64,000 nucleotides of DNA, from contig CAZUHP010000004.1 in the NCBI GenBank assembly GCA_964620595.1, positions 3,768 through 67,767 on the forward strand. Direction: 5' to 3'. The notes beneath the pieces are model-generated. The model saw only the letters and a list, made by a program, of their open reading frames with translations, ran no database searches and was not told the origin of the DNA. Positions 1 to 8,994 of this stretch are shown one piece after another. This stretch comes from an uncultured Desulfarculaceae bacterium (GTDB lineage Bacteria > Desulfobacterota > Desulfarculia > Desulfarculales > Desulfarculaceae). The position numbers were made by a program, and so were the translations under genes. Positions within the stretch are counted from its first letter, which is position 1; each line of letters begins with the position of its first letter.

Positions 1-371
1 TGGATCTGCCCGGCTACGGCTTTGCCAAGGTGCCGCGCAAGGTAAAGGCGGGCTGGCAACGCATGGTGGAGTCCTACCTCACCGGCCGGCCCACCCTGGC
101 GGGGGTGGTGGTGATCCTGGACATCCGGCGCGAGCCCACGGCCGACGACCGCATGCTCCTGGATTTCCTGGCCGCGCACCGGCTGCCCGCGGTGATCGTG
201 GTGACCAAGGCGGACAAGCTCTCCAACAACCAGCGCGCCTCGCGCCTGGCCAAGCTGCGGCCCGCGCTCAAGGCCTTTGACCCGGAGTTCGTGGCCTTCT
301 CCGCAGTGAGCGGGCTGGGCCGCGCCCAGCTCCTCAAGCGGCTGGAGGAGCTGCTGCCGGCCAAGGGTTAG
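1..371 (+). CDS. engB: GTP-binding protein EngB/YsxC, C-terminal part (5' end lies outside the window)
   Basis: The frame is open from the window edge (phase from nt 3). It reads DLPGYGFAKV..., VVILDIRR, VVTKADKL (TKxD G4-type motif), and ends at TAG 369-371. Confidence 0.85.
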   Translation, partial: DLPGYGFAKVPRKVKAGWQRMVESYLTGRPTLAGVVVILDIRREPTADDRMLLDFLAAHRLPAVIVVTKADKLSNNQRASRLAKLRPALKAFDPEFVAFSAVSGLGRAQLLKRLEELLPAKG

Positions 372-413
372 CCGCGCCCGGTCGGCACCCTCCCCCGGCA
401 TCCGACAACACCT

Positions 414-516
414 GCCCCCGCCGCCGCCCCCGTCGCCCCCCCGCCGCCCCCCCGTCGCCGCCCCCCGTCGCCCCCCCGTCGCCGCCCCCCGTCGCCCCCC
501 GTTGCCCCCCGTTGCC
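414..516. repeat. poly-C tandem array (about 9 units of GTCG/GCCG + C5-7), intergenic between convergent engB and the NtrX-like gene
   Basis: Reads ...CGTCGCCCCCCC GCCGCCCCCCC GTCGCCGCCCCCC GTCGCCCCCCC GTCGCCGCCCCCC GTCGCCCCCC GTTGCCCCCC GTTGCC. It ends 2 nt before the stop at 519. Confidence 0.9.
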
Positions 517-518
517 GG

Positions 519-1889
519 CTAGTCGCCGTTGCGCTCGGTCTTGATGCCCAGGGCCTTGAGCTTCTTGTGCAGGTGGGAGCGTTCCAGGCCCACGGCCTCG
601 GCGGTCTGGCTCACGTTGCCCCCGTACCTGGCCAGTTGCTCTTCCAGGTAGAGCTTCTCGAACTGGGCCCGGGCCTGCTTGAAATCGCCCATGCCCAGGG
701 CCTTGGCCAGGCCGCCGGGAGAGGGCGGGGCCTCGCCCAGGAAGCCGGCCAGCTCCGGGGCGCCGATCTCCTGCTCCGGGCAGAGGATGAACAGGCGTTC
801 CACCAGGTTCTTGAGTTCGCGCACGTTGCCCGGCCAGGGCTGGGCCTTGAGCATCTCCAGGGCCTCGGGGGTGAAGCGCTTGGGCTCCTGGTGCAGCTTG
901 CCGGCCAGCTCGGCCATGAACTCGCGGCACAGCTCCGGGATGTCCTCGCGCCGCTCGCGCAGGGGGGGCACCTGGATGGGAATCACGTTAAGCCGGTAGT
1001 AGAGGTCCTCGCGGAAGCGGCCGGCCTTGATCTCGGCGGGCAGGTCCTTGTTGGTGGCGGCCAGGACCCGCACGTTGACCGCGATGGTCTTGGTGCCGCC
1101 CACCCGCTCGAAGCGCTGCTCCTGGAGGATGCGCAGGATCTTGGCCTGGGTCTTGAGGCTCATGTCGCCGATCTCGTCCAGGAAGAGGGTGCCGCCGTTG
1201 GCCAGGTCGAACTTGCCCCGCTTGCGGCCGGCCGCGCCGGTGAAGGCCCCCTTCTCGTGGCCGAACAGCTCGCTCTCGATAAGCTCCTCGGGGATGGCCG
1301 CGCAGTTCACGTCCACCAGGGGTCCCTTGGCGCGGGGGCTATGGCGGTGGATGGCGTGGGCCACCAGCTCCTTGCCGGTGCCGTTTTCGCCGGTGATGAG
1401 CACCCAGCTATCCGAGGGGCCCACCCGCTCGATGGCCCGGCGCAGGTTCTCTATGGCCGGGCTGTGGCCGGTCAGGCGGGGAGGCTCGCTCTTGGCCCTG
1501 AGGAGCAGGTTCTGTTCGGCCAGGCGGCTGAACTCCAGGGCGTTGCGCACCGAGAGCAGTATCTTGTCCATGTCCAGGGGTTTTTCGATGAAGTCATAGG
1601 CCCCCAGCTTGGTGGCCTTGACCGCGGTTTCCACGGTGCCGTGGCCCGAGATCATGATCACCGGCAGGCCGGTCCAGCGCTGCTTTATCAGCTCCAGCAC
1701 CTCCATGCCGTCCTTGCCCGGCATCCAGATGTCCAGGAGCACCAGGTCGGGGGCTTCCTCCTCCACGGCCTTGAGGGCCTGCTCGCCGTCGTGGGCCGAG
1801 GTGACCTCGTAGCCCTCGTCCGCGAGGATTCCCTCCAGGGAGGCGCAGATGGATTTCTCGTCGTCCACGATTAGTATGTGACCGCTCAT
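519..1889 (-). CDS. sigma54-dependent response regulator (NtrC family, NtrX-like partner of the upstream kinase)
   Basis: 456 aa. It has a receiver domain (ILIVDDE...LLDIWMPGKDG), an AAA+ core with GENGTGKE and GAFTGA, and a C-terminal Fis-type HTH. It starts 35 nt downstream of the kinase gene. Confidence 0.9.
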   Translation of the reverse strand: MSGHILIVDDEKSICASLEGILADEGYEVTSAHDGEQALKAVEEEAPDLVLLDIWMPGKDGMEVLELIKQRWTGLPVIMISGHGTVETAVKATKLGAYDFIEKPLDMDKILLSVRNALEFSRLAEQNLLLRAKSEPPRLTGHSPAIENLRRAIERVGPSDSWVLITGENGTGKELVAHAIHRHSPRAKGPLVDVNCAAIPEELIESELFGHEKGAFTGAAGRKRGKFDLANGGTLFLDEIGDMSLKTQAKILRILQEQRFERVGGTKTIAVNVRVLAATNKDLPAEIKAGRFREDLYYRLNVIPIQVPPLRERREDIPELCREFMAELAGKLHQEPKRFTPEALEMLKAQPWPGNVRELKNLVERLFILCPEQEIGAPELAGFLGEAPPSPGGLAKALGMGDFKQARAQFEKLYLEEQLARYGGNVSQTAEAVGLERSHLHKKLKALGIKTERNGD

Positions 1890-1924
1890 GCCGTCTCCAT
1901 GGCCCGCAGGCTACCCGCCGCCTG

Positions 1925-4189
1925 TCACACGGCCTCCAGGCTGCCCAGCCGGGCGCCCCGGGCCGGCAGCTCGATGATGATGCGGGTTCCCACCGGCTGG
2001 TTGTCCTGCACCCGTATGTAGCCGTTGTGGTCGGCCACGATGGTGCTCACGATGCTGAGCCCCAGGCCAGTGCCGCCCTTTTTGGTGGAGAAGTAGGGTT
2101 CGAACATGCGGAGGCGGTATTCCGGCGGCACCCCGGGGCCGCTGTCCTCCACCTCCAGGCGCACGATCTTGAGTATCTCGTCGTAGGAGAGGCGCACCAC
2201 CACCTGGCGGGGCGGCTCCACGGTCTCCACCGCGGCCACGGCGTTGTCCAGGAGGTTGATGAGCACCCGGGACATCTGTTCGCGGTCCAGGTCGAAGACC
2301 GGTATCTCGCCCTCGCGCTCCAGCTCGAAGCTGATTTCGGCGTGGCCGCCGCGGTAGAGGGCCAGGACCTCCTCGGCGATGGCGGCGAGGTCGCCGGGGG
2401 CCAGGTGCACCGAAGGCAGGCGGGCGAAGGTGGAGAATTCGTTGACCAGGCGGCGGAGTTCCTCCACCTGGCGCACGATGGTGGCGGTGCATTCCTTGAA
2501 CACGGTCTCATCGGGCCCCATCTGCTCGCCGTAGCGGCGGATGAGGCGCTGGGCAGAGAGCTTGATGGGGGTGAGGGGGTTTTTGACCTCGTGGGCGATG
2601 CGCCGGGCCACCTCGCGCCAGGCGGCCATGCGCTGGGCCTTTTCCAGCTCGGTCAGGTCTTCGAACACCACCACCATGCCCAGGTTCTTGCCCGCCTCGT
2701 CGCGCAGGAAGCCCAGGTGCACCATGAGGCTCAGGGGCTCGCCGCCCACGCTGAGGCGTATCTGCTTGCCCACCGTGCCCCGGCTGCCCGGCACCAGGCC
2801 CATGAGCATGCGCTCCACCATGTCGATCTGCTCGGAGGAGAGGAGCTGGCGCCAGTGGCGGCCCAGCACGGATTCGGCCTGCACCTTCAGGAGGCGCTCG
2901 GCCGAGGGGTTGAAGGTGGTGACCAGCCCCTTGGCGTCCACCGCCACCACGCCGGCGGCCACGCTCTTGAGCACGATTTCCATGTAGCGCCGCCGCTGCT
3001 CCAGCTCCAGGTTGGTGCGGCGCATCTCGTCCTGGGCCTCGTCCAGGCGGGCCTTGCTGGTCTTGAGGTCGGCGGTCATGCGGTTGAAGGCGTTGACCAG
3101 GGTGCCGATCTCGTCCGGCCCTTCCAGGTCGATGAAGAAGTCATAGTCCCCGCCGGCGATGCGCTGGGTGCCCTGGGCCAGCTCCATGAGGGGCACGGTG
3201 ATGGTCTTGGCCAGGTGAAAGCCGAACCAGGTGGCGGCGAAGATGATGAGCAGGGTGACGATGGACAGGGTGATGTACTGGTTGGTCTTGATGGGCTGCT
3301 TGACGGCCTTGAGCTGGCGGTAACCCTCCAGACCCTTGTTGATGCCGCTTATCTTGGCCAGGGCGCCGGGGGGCAGCAGCTTGAAGGCCGCCACCGCGCC
3401 GCGCACCTGCCCCCCCCTTTTCACCGGCTGCACCGCGGCCACGAAGTCGCCGGTGGGCGCGGGTTGCAGGTGGGCCAGGGGCTGGCCCTGGGTGAGCACT
3501 CGGCTCACCAGGTCCAGGGGGAACGCCTGCAAGTGGCTGATATGGGTGCCGCTCTGGGTGGCGACCGCGGACTCGGTGAGTTCGGCGCTGAACACCCGCA
3601 CCGCAGCCAGGCCGTAACGCTCGCGGCGGGCCTCGATGAACTTGGTGAGCGCCGGGGAGGGCCGGTCCAGACTCAGGCCCTTGGCCTCCAGCTCCCTGGC
3701 CAGCTCGGCGGCGAAGCGGGCGGTGGAGTCGGTGATCTGCTTGTTGTAGGCCTGGCTCACCTCCACCGCCTCCAGCAGGGAGCGCTCCACCTGGGCGCTG
3801 AACCAGTACTCCATGGAGGTGCCCACGAACTGGAAGGCGGCGAAGAAAAGCAGGATGGTGGGGGCCAGGGAGAGGATGACGAAGGTGACCACCAGCTTGG
3901 TACGCAGCCGCGCGCCCAGCACCCCCCGCCGCCGCTCCACGGTGAGCTTGAGCAGGTTCCTGAGCACCAGGAAGATAAGCAGCAGGAGCAGAAGGGCGTT
4001 GAGGTTGATCAGGGCAAAGACCAAGAGGGAAGAGCCCAAGGGCAAATCGCCGCCCAGCTCGACCACCTGGGTCTCGAGGTAGGTTATGGCCGCCACCACC
4101 ACCAGCAGCACCGCAATGATGATGCGCTCCCGCTTGCGGCGGGCCATCTCCTTGCTGCGCTGTTCGGCAAGCTGGGAGTCGGTGGCCAT
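1925..4189 (-). CDS. NtrY-like sensor histidine kinase (TM-HAMP-PAS-HisKA-HATPase)
   Basis: The ORF is open to a TTG at 4228, but I prefer the first ATG at 4189 (MATDSQ). It has N-terminal hydrophobic segments, the H-box HEVKNPLTPI, and ATPase motifs DSGPGV and GGTGLGLSIV. Confidence 0.85.
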   Translation of the reverse strand: MATDSQLAEQRSKEMARRKRERIIIAVLLVVVAAITYLETQVVELGGDLPLGSSLLVFALINLNALLLLLLIFLVLRNLLKLTVERRRGVLGARLRTKLVVTFVILSLAPTILLFFAAFQFVGTSMEYWFSAQVERSLLEAVEVSQAYNKQITDSTARFAAELARELEAKGLSLDRPSPALTKFIEARRERYGLAAVRVFSAELTESAVATQSGTHISHLQAFPLDLVSRVLTQGQPLAHLQPAPTGDFVAAVQPVKRGGQVRGAVAAFKLLPPGALAKISGINKGLEGYRQLKAVKQPIKTNQYITLSIVTLLIIFAATWFGFHLAKTITVPLMELAQGTQRIAGGDYDFFIDLEGPDEIGTLVNAFNRMTADLKTSKARLDEAQDEMRRTNLELEQRRRYMEIVLKSVAAGVVAVDAKGLVTTFNPSAERLLKVQAESVLGRHWRQLLSSEQIDMVERMLMGLVPGSRGTVGKQIRLSVGGEPLSLMVHLGFLRDEAGKNLGMVVVFEDLTELEKAQRMAAWREVARRIAHEVKNPLTPIKLSAQRLIRRYGEQMGPDETVFKECTATIVRQVEELRRLVNEFSTFARLPSVHLAPGDLAAIAEEVLALYRGGHAEISFELEREGEIPVFDLDREQMSRVLINLLDNAVAAVETVEPPRQVVVRLSYDEILKIVRLEVEDSGPGVPPEYRLRMFEPYFSTKKGGTGLGLSIVSTIVADHNGYIRVQDNQPVGTRIIIELPARGARLGSLEAV

Positions 4190-4440
4190 GGCAGTCCCTG
4201 CACCCCCGGGGTTTGGGAGGAGAATCAAAACTAGACTGCTATGTTACGGTAGCCGGGAGTTTGTGGCAAGGCTTTGGGGAGGGATGCCGGCAGGATGGGC
4301 CAGACCAGGCCTGCGCCCATAAGAAAAAGGCTCCTTCCGGAGCCCCTGCCTGGTCCTTCTGATCCGCGCCGCCGCCTGGCTCGCTGCCTCGGCTCTCTTG
4401 CGACGCCCTCGATACCCCCCTTTTGCTCCTTTGCTTCCGG

Positions 4441-4562
4441 GGTCCCTCTCCCCCGCAGCCCTCGTGGCCCCCTGTAGCCCCGTTGGCCCCTTGGCCCCCT
4501 TTGGCCCTCTCTGCCCCTCTGCCCTCTCCTGGCCTCTCTGGCCCCCTTAGCCCCCTTGGTAG
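4441..4562. repeat. ~9-nt periodic tandem array (about 13 units, consensus GCCCC(C)YYTN), intergenic
   Basis: Units of 8-10 nt include GCCCCCTGTA, GCCCCGTTG, GCCCCTTG, GCCCCCTTTG, GCCCTCTCT, GCCCCTCT and others. The array ends 5 nt from the lpxC stop. Confidence 0.85.
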
Positions 4563-4567
4563 GCTCC

Positions 4568-5497
4568 TCAGGCCACCACGGCGGTGCCAAAGGCGGGGAT
4601 GGGCTCGCCTGCCGGGACCTGGTCGGGTTGCTGGGCCGGGTTGGGGGTGACCAACTGCCAGGCCTGGGGGTCGTCCAGGAAGGCGCGGAACAGGCGGTTG
4701 TTGAGGGCGTGGCCGGACTTGTGGGCAGTGAAGGCGCCCAGGATGGGCCGGCCCACCAGGGCCAGGTCGCCGATGAAGTCCAGCACCTTGTGGCGCACGA
4801 ACTCGTCGGGAAAGCGCAGGCCGTCGTCGTTGAGCACCCGGTACTTATCCACCACCACGGCGTTGTCCAGGGAGCCGCCCAGGCCCCGGCGGGCCTCGCG
4901 CAGGCGCTGGAGGTCTTCCAGGAAGCCGAAGGTGCGGGCCCGGCTTATCTCTTGGTCATAGGTGCGCTCGTCAAAGCGCACGCCCAGCTCCTGGCGGCGG
5001 ATGAGGGGGTGGTCGAACTCTATGGTGAAATTGACCTCCAGGCTCTGGGCCGGGGCCACGCTCACGAACTTGTCGCCCTCTTTGACGCTGACCTCGCGCT
5101 TTACCAGGTAGAACTGGCGCAACTCGGCCTGGGAGGTGAGGCCGGCGTTCTTGATCAGGAATACGAAGGGAGCGGCCGAGCCGTCCATGATGGGCACCTC
5201 GGGAGCGTCAACCTCCACCAGTACGTTGTCCACGCCCAGGCCGGAGAGGGCCGAGAGCAGGTGTTCGACGGTGGAGATGGACACGCCGTCCACTCCCACG
5301 GTGGTGCACATGCTGGTGTCCACCACGTGGTGCACGTCGCCAGGGATGAGGGGGGCGCCGGCGAGATCGGAGCGTTTGAAGACCACGCCGGTGTCGGGCG
5401 CGGCCGGGCGCAGGCACATGTTTACTTTCTTGCCACTGTGCAGGCCAACTCCGGTACAGGCTACAGGTCGCTTGAGGGTGTGCTGGTAGATTTGCAT
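4568..5497 (-). CDS. lpxC: UDP-3-O-acyl-N-acetylglucosamine deacetylase
   Basis: 309 aa. Diagnostic stretches are MQIYQHTLKRPV..GVGLHSGKKV, TVEHLLSAL, PIMDGSAAPF and HKSGHALNNRL. There is an ATG with a GAAGGAAAGG RBS. Confidence 0.95.
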   Translation of the reverse strand: MQIYQHTLKRPVACTGVGLHSGKKVNMCLRPAAPDTGVVFKRSDLAGAPLIPGDVHHVVDTSMCTTVGVDGVSISTVEHLLSALSGLGVDNVLVEVDAPEVPIMDGSAAPFVFLIKNAGLTSQAELRQFYLVKREVSVKEGDKFVSVAPAQSLEVNFTIEFDHPLIRRQELGVRFDERTYDQEISRARTFGFLEDLQRLREARRGLGGSLDNAVVVDKYRVLNDDGLRFPDEFVRHKVLDFIGDLALVGRPILGAFTAHKSGHALNNRLFRAFLDDPQAWQLVTPNPAQQPDQVPAGEPIPAFGTAVVA

Positions 5498-5547
5498 TCT
5501 GCCTTTCCTTCAGCGGGCGGATGGATACAGCACCGGACTGGTAACTA

Positions 5548-5564
5548 AGCAACCTTTGTGCCAG
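5548..5564 (-). promoter_or_regulatory. sigma54 (-24/-12) promoter upstream of lpxC
   Basis: The minus strand reads CTGGCAC-AAAGG-TTGCTT with exact consensus spacing (GG to GC). It lies about 50 nt upstream of the lpxC ATG. Confidence 0.6.
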
Positions 5565-5699
5565 GGGGTGCGAGGCCGGGCTCCCGGCGGGATTTTATTG
5601 CTTAAGCGGTTGATATTCCATGGTTATATAAAAATGGAGGTGGGTCGGGGCATAAGCGGGGGGGATGGCGGTGTGTGGGGGTATGACCACAGTCGGGCT

Positions 5700-6311
5700 T
5701 CAAGGTGTGTCAAACAGGCCACGATCGCAGCCTAGCTGGTATGCCTTTTCCAAGTCTTCGGGATAATTGACGTTAATGAAACTCAGCTCCTCGGGGTCCA
5801 CGTCGCGCACCTGCTGGCGGGAGATATAGCGGGCCTTGACCGCCTCCAGGAGCATGCGGGCCCGCCGCTCGCCCTGCTCCAAGAGCTTCAGGGCCGGGGG
5901 CAGGCACTTGCGGTGGTAATAGGCCAACAGCGGCTCTGGCCCCCGGGGGCCCAAGGGCGCGCGCGCCTTGTCGGTTTCGGGTCCAAAGGCCAGCAATTCA
6001 ATGAGCTTGGGCTCCACCAGCGGCAGGTCCACCGCCATGACCACAAAGGCGGGGGCCGGGCTGTCCAAGAGCGCGGTGGCAATGGCGTTCAAGGGTCCTT
6101 GGCCGGGCCAGCGGTCGCGGATGATGGGTACCGGCAAGCCGGCCAGGTCGGCCAGGTCCACCGCCGCCACCATCAGGCGGGGGCACACGGTGCCCAGGGT
6201 GTCCAGGGCCCGGTCGATCAGCCGGCGGCCGCCCAGCTTGCGCAGGGGCTTCTGGCCGCCCATGCGGCGGCCCGGGCCCCCGGCCAGCACCAGTCCCCAG
6301 GGCGCGTCCAC
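5700..6311 (-). CDS. mobA: molybdenum cofactor guanylyltransferase
   Basis: 203 aa with the LAGGPGRRMGG nucleotide-binding motif typical of MobA. The GTG start directly abuts the stop of the upstream MerR gene. Confidence 0.8.
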   Translation of the reverse strand: MDAPWGLVLAGGPGRRMGGQKPLRKLGGRRLIDRALDTLGTVCPRLMVAAVDLADLAGLPVPIIRDRWPGQGPLNAIATALLDSPAPAFVVMAVDLPLVEPKLIELLAFGPETDKARAPLGPRGPEPLLAYYHRKCLPPALKLLEQGERRARMLLEAVKARYISRQQVRDVDPEELSFINVNYPEDLEKAYQLGCDRGLFDTP

Positions 6312-6731
6312 CTAAGCCTGCTCCATGGGGCCGTGGCCTTGGCTTTCCAGTACCTTGCGCTTGGCCAGGTGGCGGTTGAGGAACACGGCGCAACGGTCGC
6401 AGGGGCCGGGGCACAGGGTTTCCGCCCGGGTGCGAATCTGCCAGCAGGGGCGGTGGGGGTCCTGGAAGGCGGCGCAGCGTTGGGGCTCGGGGCAGGCGAA
6501 TATGTTCCAGCAGGGAGCCAGCACCAAGAGGTTGCGCAGGCAGGCCAAGGTGAAGCCGCGCTCGTGGATCAGGTAGCTGATGCGCTCGATCTGGGCGATC
6601 TCGAACTCGCTGTAGCGGCGGTTGTTGGTCTTGGGATCGCGCAGGGGTCTGATGAAGCCTTCGCGTTCGTACTCACGGATGCGTTTTTGGGAGAGGTTCA
6701 CTCTCCTGGCCACTTCATTGATGAGGTACAT
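6312..6731 (-). CDS. MerR/HspR-like transcriptional regulator with Cys-rich C-terminal domain
   Basis: I prefer the ATG at 6731 (MYLINEVARRVNLSQKRIREYEREGFI, a MerR-type HTH). The ORF is also open to 6794. The C-terminal ~60 aa carry 8 Cys. Confidence 0.8.
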   Translation of the reverse strand: MYLINEVARRVNLSQKRIREYEREGFIRPLRDPKTNNRRYSEFEIAQIERISYLIHERGFTLACLRNLLVLAPCWNIFACPEPQRCAAFQDPHRPCWQIRTRAETLCPGPCDRCAVFLNRHLAKRKVLESQGHGPMEQA

Positions 6732-6831
6732 AGCGCTTATGGCCCCTGTTGCTTCTAAACAAAATTGCGTCCAAGCCACGCTCCTTCTTAACACTCATCG
6801 TCCCCCGGCGCAAGGGATTTACCGGCCGCGC

Positions 6832-7908
6832 CTAGGCTGGCCGGGCCTCCTTCCTGAGCAGCTCCAGGGCCTCCTCCCGGCGGGTGTAGAGCCGCTTGGG
6901 CTGGCGGGAGCCCTTGGCCTGTATGAGGTAGGCGGCCAGGATGGGCAGGGCCAGGGTTATGTCCGTGTAGCAAACCACGGTATGGGGCAGGCCGGCGGGG
7001 TCCACCTTGCCCCAGCTCACCGCCTCGGAGGGGGTGGCGCCAGAGAGTCCGCCAGTGTCGGGCCGGGCGTCGGTCACCTGGAGGAAGTAGTCGTGCCCCT
7101 TTTCCTCTATGCCCAGCACCTCTTGCAGGTGGGGCTCGGTCTGGAGCATGAAGTTCTTGGGCGAGCCGCCGCCCAGGATCACCACCCCGGTCTTGCCCCC
7201 CTGGCGCTTGGCCCTGAGCACCAGGGCCGCGGTTTCGTTCACGTCCCGGCTCACGTCCCAGGCGAATTTGCTTCCCGCGAGCGCCATGGCTGCGGCGTTC
7301 ATGCCGATGGAGCTGTCACCGGGGCTGCTGGTGTAGACCGGCACCTCCATCTCCGCGCAGGCGGCCAGGAGGCTCACATCGCCCAGGCCCAGCACCCGCT
7401 GACGTTCGCCCAGGTAGCGGCCGATCAAGGCATGGAACTCGGCCGAGCCCAAGGGGCGGTCGAACTCGGGGGCCTTCATGACCTCGCGGAAGAAGGCGTC
7501 GGTCTTCAGGAGCACCTGGTAGTCCATCACGATGTCATAGATCCGCACCAATCCCCGCCGGCGCAGCTCGGTGTCGTCGGCATGGGGGCTGGAGCGGTGC
7601 AGGGCCAGGCCCAGGGCGAAGTGGGCGTCGTGGTAGAGGTTGGCGCCGGTGGAGATGACGAAGTCCACGAAGCCCCGCCGCACCAGGGGCACCAGGGCGC
7701 TGGCCCCCAGGCCGGCCGGGGTCAGGGCGCCGGTGAGGGTCATGCCCACGGTGACCTCGGGCCGGGCCATCAGCTCGGCCCAGAGGCGGCAGCCTTCGCG
7801 CAGGCGCGCGGCGTTGTAGGCCAGGAAGTGATCATCCACCAAGCCGCGCAGGCTCACGCCCTCGTCCAGAGGCGGAGGGGCTATGGCGGGTCCTTTGTGC
7901 TCGGTCAT
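6832..7908 (-). CDS. deoxyhypusine synthase-like protein (possible homospermidine synthase)
   Basis: 358 aa with DHS-family stretches: [36 protein letters not shown]. The ATG overlaps the agmatinase stop (ATGA). Confidence 0.85.
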   Translation of the reverse strand: MTEHKGPAIAPPPLDEGVSLRGLVDDHFLAYNAARLREGCRLWAELMARPEVTVGMTLTGALTPAGLGASALVPLVRRGFVDFVISTGANLYHDAHFALGLALHRSSPHADDTELRRRGLVRIYDIVMDYQVLLKTDAFFREVMKAPEFDRPLGSAEFHALIGRYLGERQRVLGLGDVSLLAACAEMEVPVYTSSPGDSSIGMNAAAMALAGSKFAWDVSRDVNETAALVLRAKRQGGKTGVVILGGGSPKNFMLQTEPHLQEVLGIEEKGHDYFLQVTDARPDTGGLSGATPSEAVSWGKVDPAGLPHTVVCYTDITLALPILAAYLIQAKGSRQPKRLYTRREEALELLRKEARPA

Positions 7909-8762
7909 GGGCTCTCCTCGAGGGCCAGGCCCAGGGCCCGGTAGAGCAGCCTGGCCGCGGTGAAGTCGCTCAGGGCCTGGCCGGGAAGCGGCGCCAGTTC
8001 CACGATGTCCAGGCCCACCACCTGGCGGCCGCGGCAGGCGGCCACCAGCCAGTCCGAAACCTGGTTCCAGGTGAGGCCGCCGGGCTCGGGGGTGCCGGTG
8101 GCGGGGATCACCGCCGGGTCCAGGCCGTCCAGGTCCAGGCTCAAATATACCGGTCCCTCCAGGCCCTCCAAGGCGGCCTCCAGCCAGGCGGGGTCCTGGT
8201 GCACGGTGCGGGCCCAGGTGGGCCGCAGGCCGCGCCGCCGCACCAGTTCCATCTCCTCGGCCGAACAGGAGCGGCTGCCCAGGTGGCGCACCTCCAGGCC
8301 CAGCTCCAGGGCCCGGCGCATCACGCAGGCGTGCGAATAGGGCGTGCCGTCGAACCGCTCGCGCAGGTCCAGGTGGGCGTCCAGGACCAGGACCGTGAAG
8401 TCCGGCCCCCGTTTGCGGACCAGGGCCCGCAGGGCGCCCAGGGTCACGGTGTGTTCGCCGCCGATGAGCGCGGGCAGGCGGCCGGCCTCGAGTTCCGCCG
8501 CCACCGCGGCCTCCACCCGCTCCAGCACCTCCTCCACGCTGCCCTGCACCCCCACCCGGGGCCGGGTGAGGATGCCCCGGGTGTAGGGCTCCTGGTCCAG
8601 CAGCTCGTCGTAAAGCTCCACCTGGGCGCTGGCCAGCAGGATCGCAGCCGGCCCCAGGCTGGTGCCCTTGCCATAGCTCACCGTGGCCTCCAGGGGCACG
8701 GGGATGAGCGCGGCCCGCGCCTGGTCCTCGGGCGGGGGGGGCACCCCCAAAAAGTAAATCAT
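7905..8762 (-). CDS. speB: agmatinase (ureohydrolase family)
   Basis: Mn-binding ureohydrolase motifs are present: [25 protein letters not shown] chose the ATG at 8762 (MIYFLGV). An alternative TTG at 8780 has an AGGAG 8 nt upstream. The ORF-track extension to 9008 is unlikely. Confidence 0.85.
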   Translation of the reverse strand: MIYFLGVPPPPEDQARAALIPVPLEATVSYGKGTSLGPAAILLASAQVELYDELLDQEPYTRGILTRPRVGVQGSVEEVLERVEAAVAAELEAGRLPALIGGEHTVTLGALRALVRKRGPDFTVLVLDAHLDLRERFDGTPYSHACVMRRALELGLEVRHLGSRSCSAEEMELVRRRGLRPTWARTVHQDPAWLEAALEGLEGPVYLSLDLDGLDPAVIPATGTPEPGGLTWNQVSDWLVAACRGRQVVGLDIVELAPLPGQALSDFTAARLLYRALGLALEESP

Positions 8763-8994
8763 CTGGCCGGCCTGGTCCAAGGGTCCAACTCCTGTTAGGC
8801 TATGGTCTTTGCAGTATAGGCTGGCGGGCGGCGGGCCGCAAGTTCCGGGCTGGCCGGGATTATTTGCGGTTGACGCCGGGGGCGGCCGGGGATAATAACA
8901 GCCCAGCCCGGTTTTCGATATCGTCGCAAGAGCACCGGCCGGGGGCCGGTTTTGCAGGCATACGCCTCTGAGCGAGAAACCAAGGAGGGTAGCC

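Noticed and set aside
414-516. The possibility that the tandem arrays are CRISPR arrays.
   Set aside because: The period is only 10-13 nt with no unique spacers. No cas genes are present, and the arrays also occur in frame inside genes.
4231-4590. A 119-aa minus-strand ORF through the 9-nt periodic array. It translates to a collagen-like G-X-Y run (GQRGREGQRGPRGQRGYRGPRGLRG).
   Set aside because: The Gly periodicity is a direct by-product of one GGGG per ~9-nt unit. The start is a TTG inside the lpxC 3' end with no RBS. All frames on both strands are open here because of composition. It could only be rescued by proteomic evidence.
8940-8962. A sigma54-like -12 box (GGTTTTGCAGG) upstream of pdaD.
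   Set aside because: The -24 region reads GGGGGCC instead of TGGCAC. Only the GG and the spacing fit, which is too weak in GC-rich DNA.
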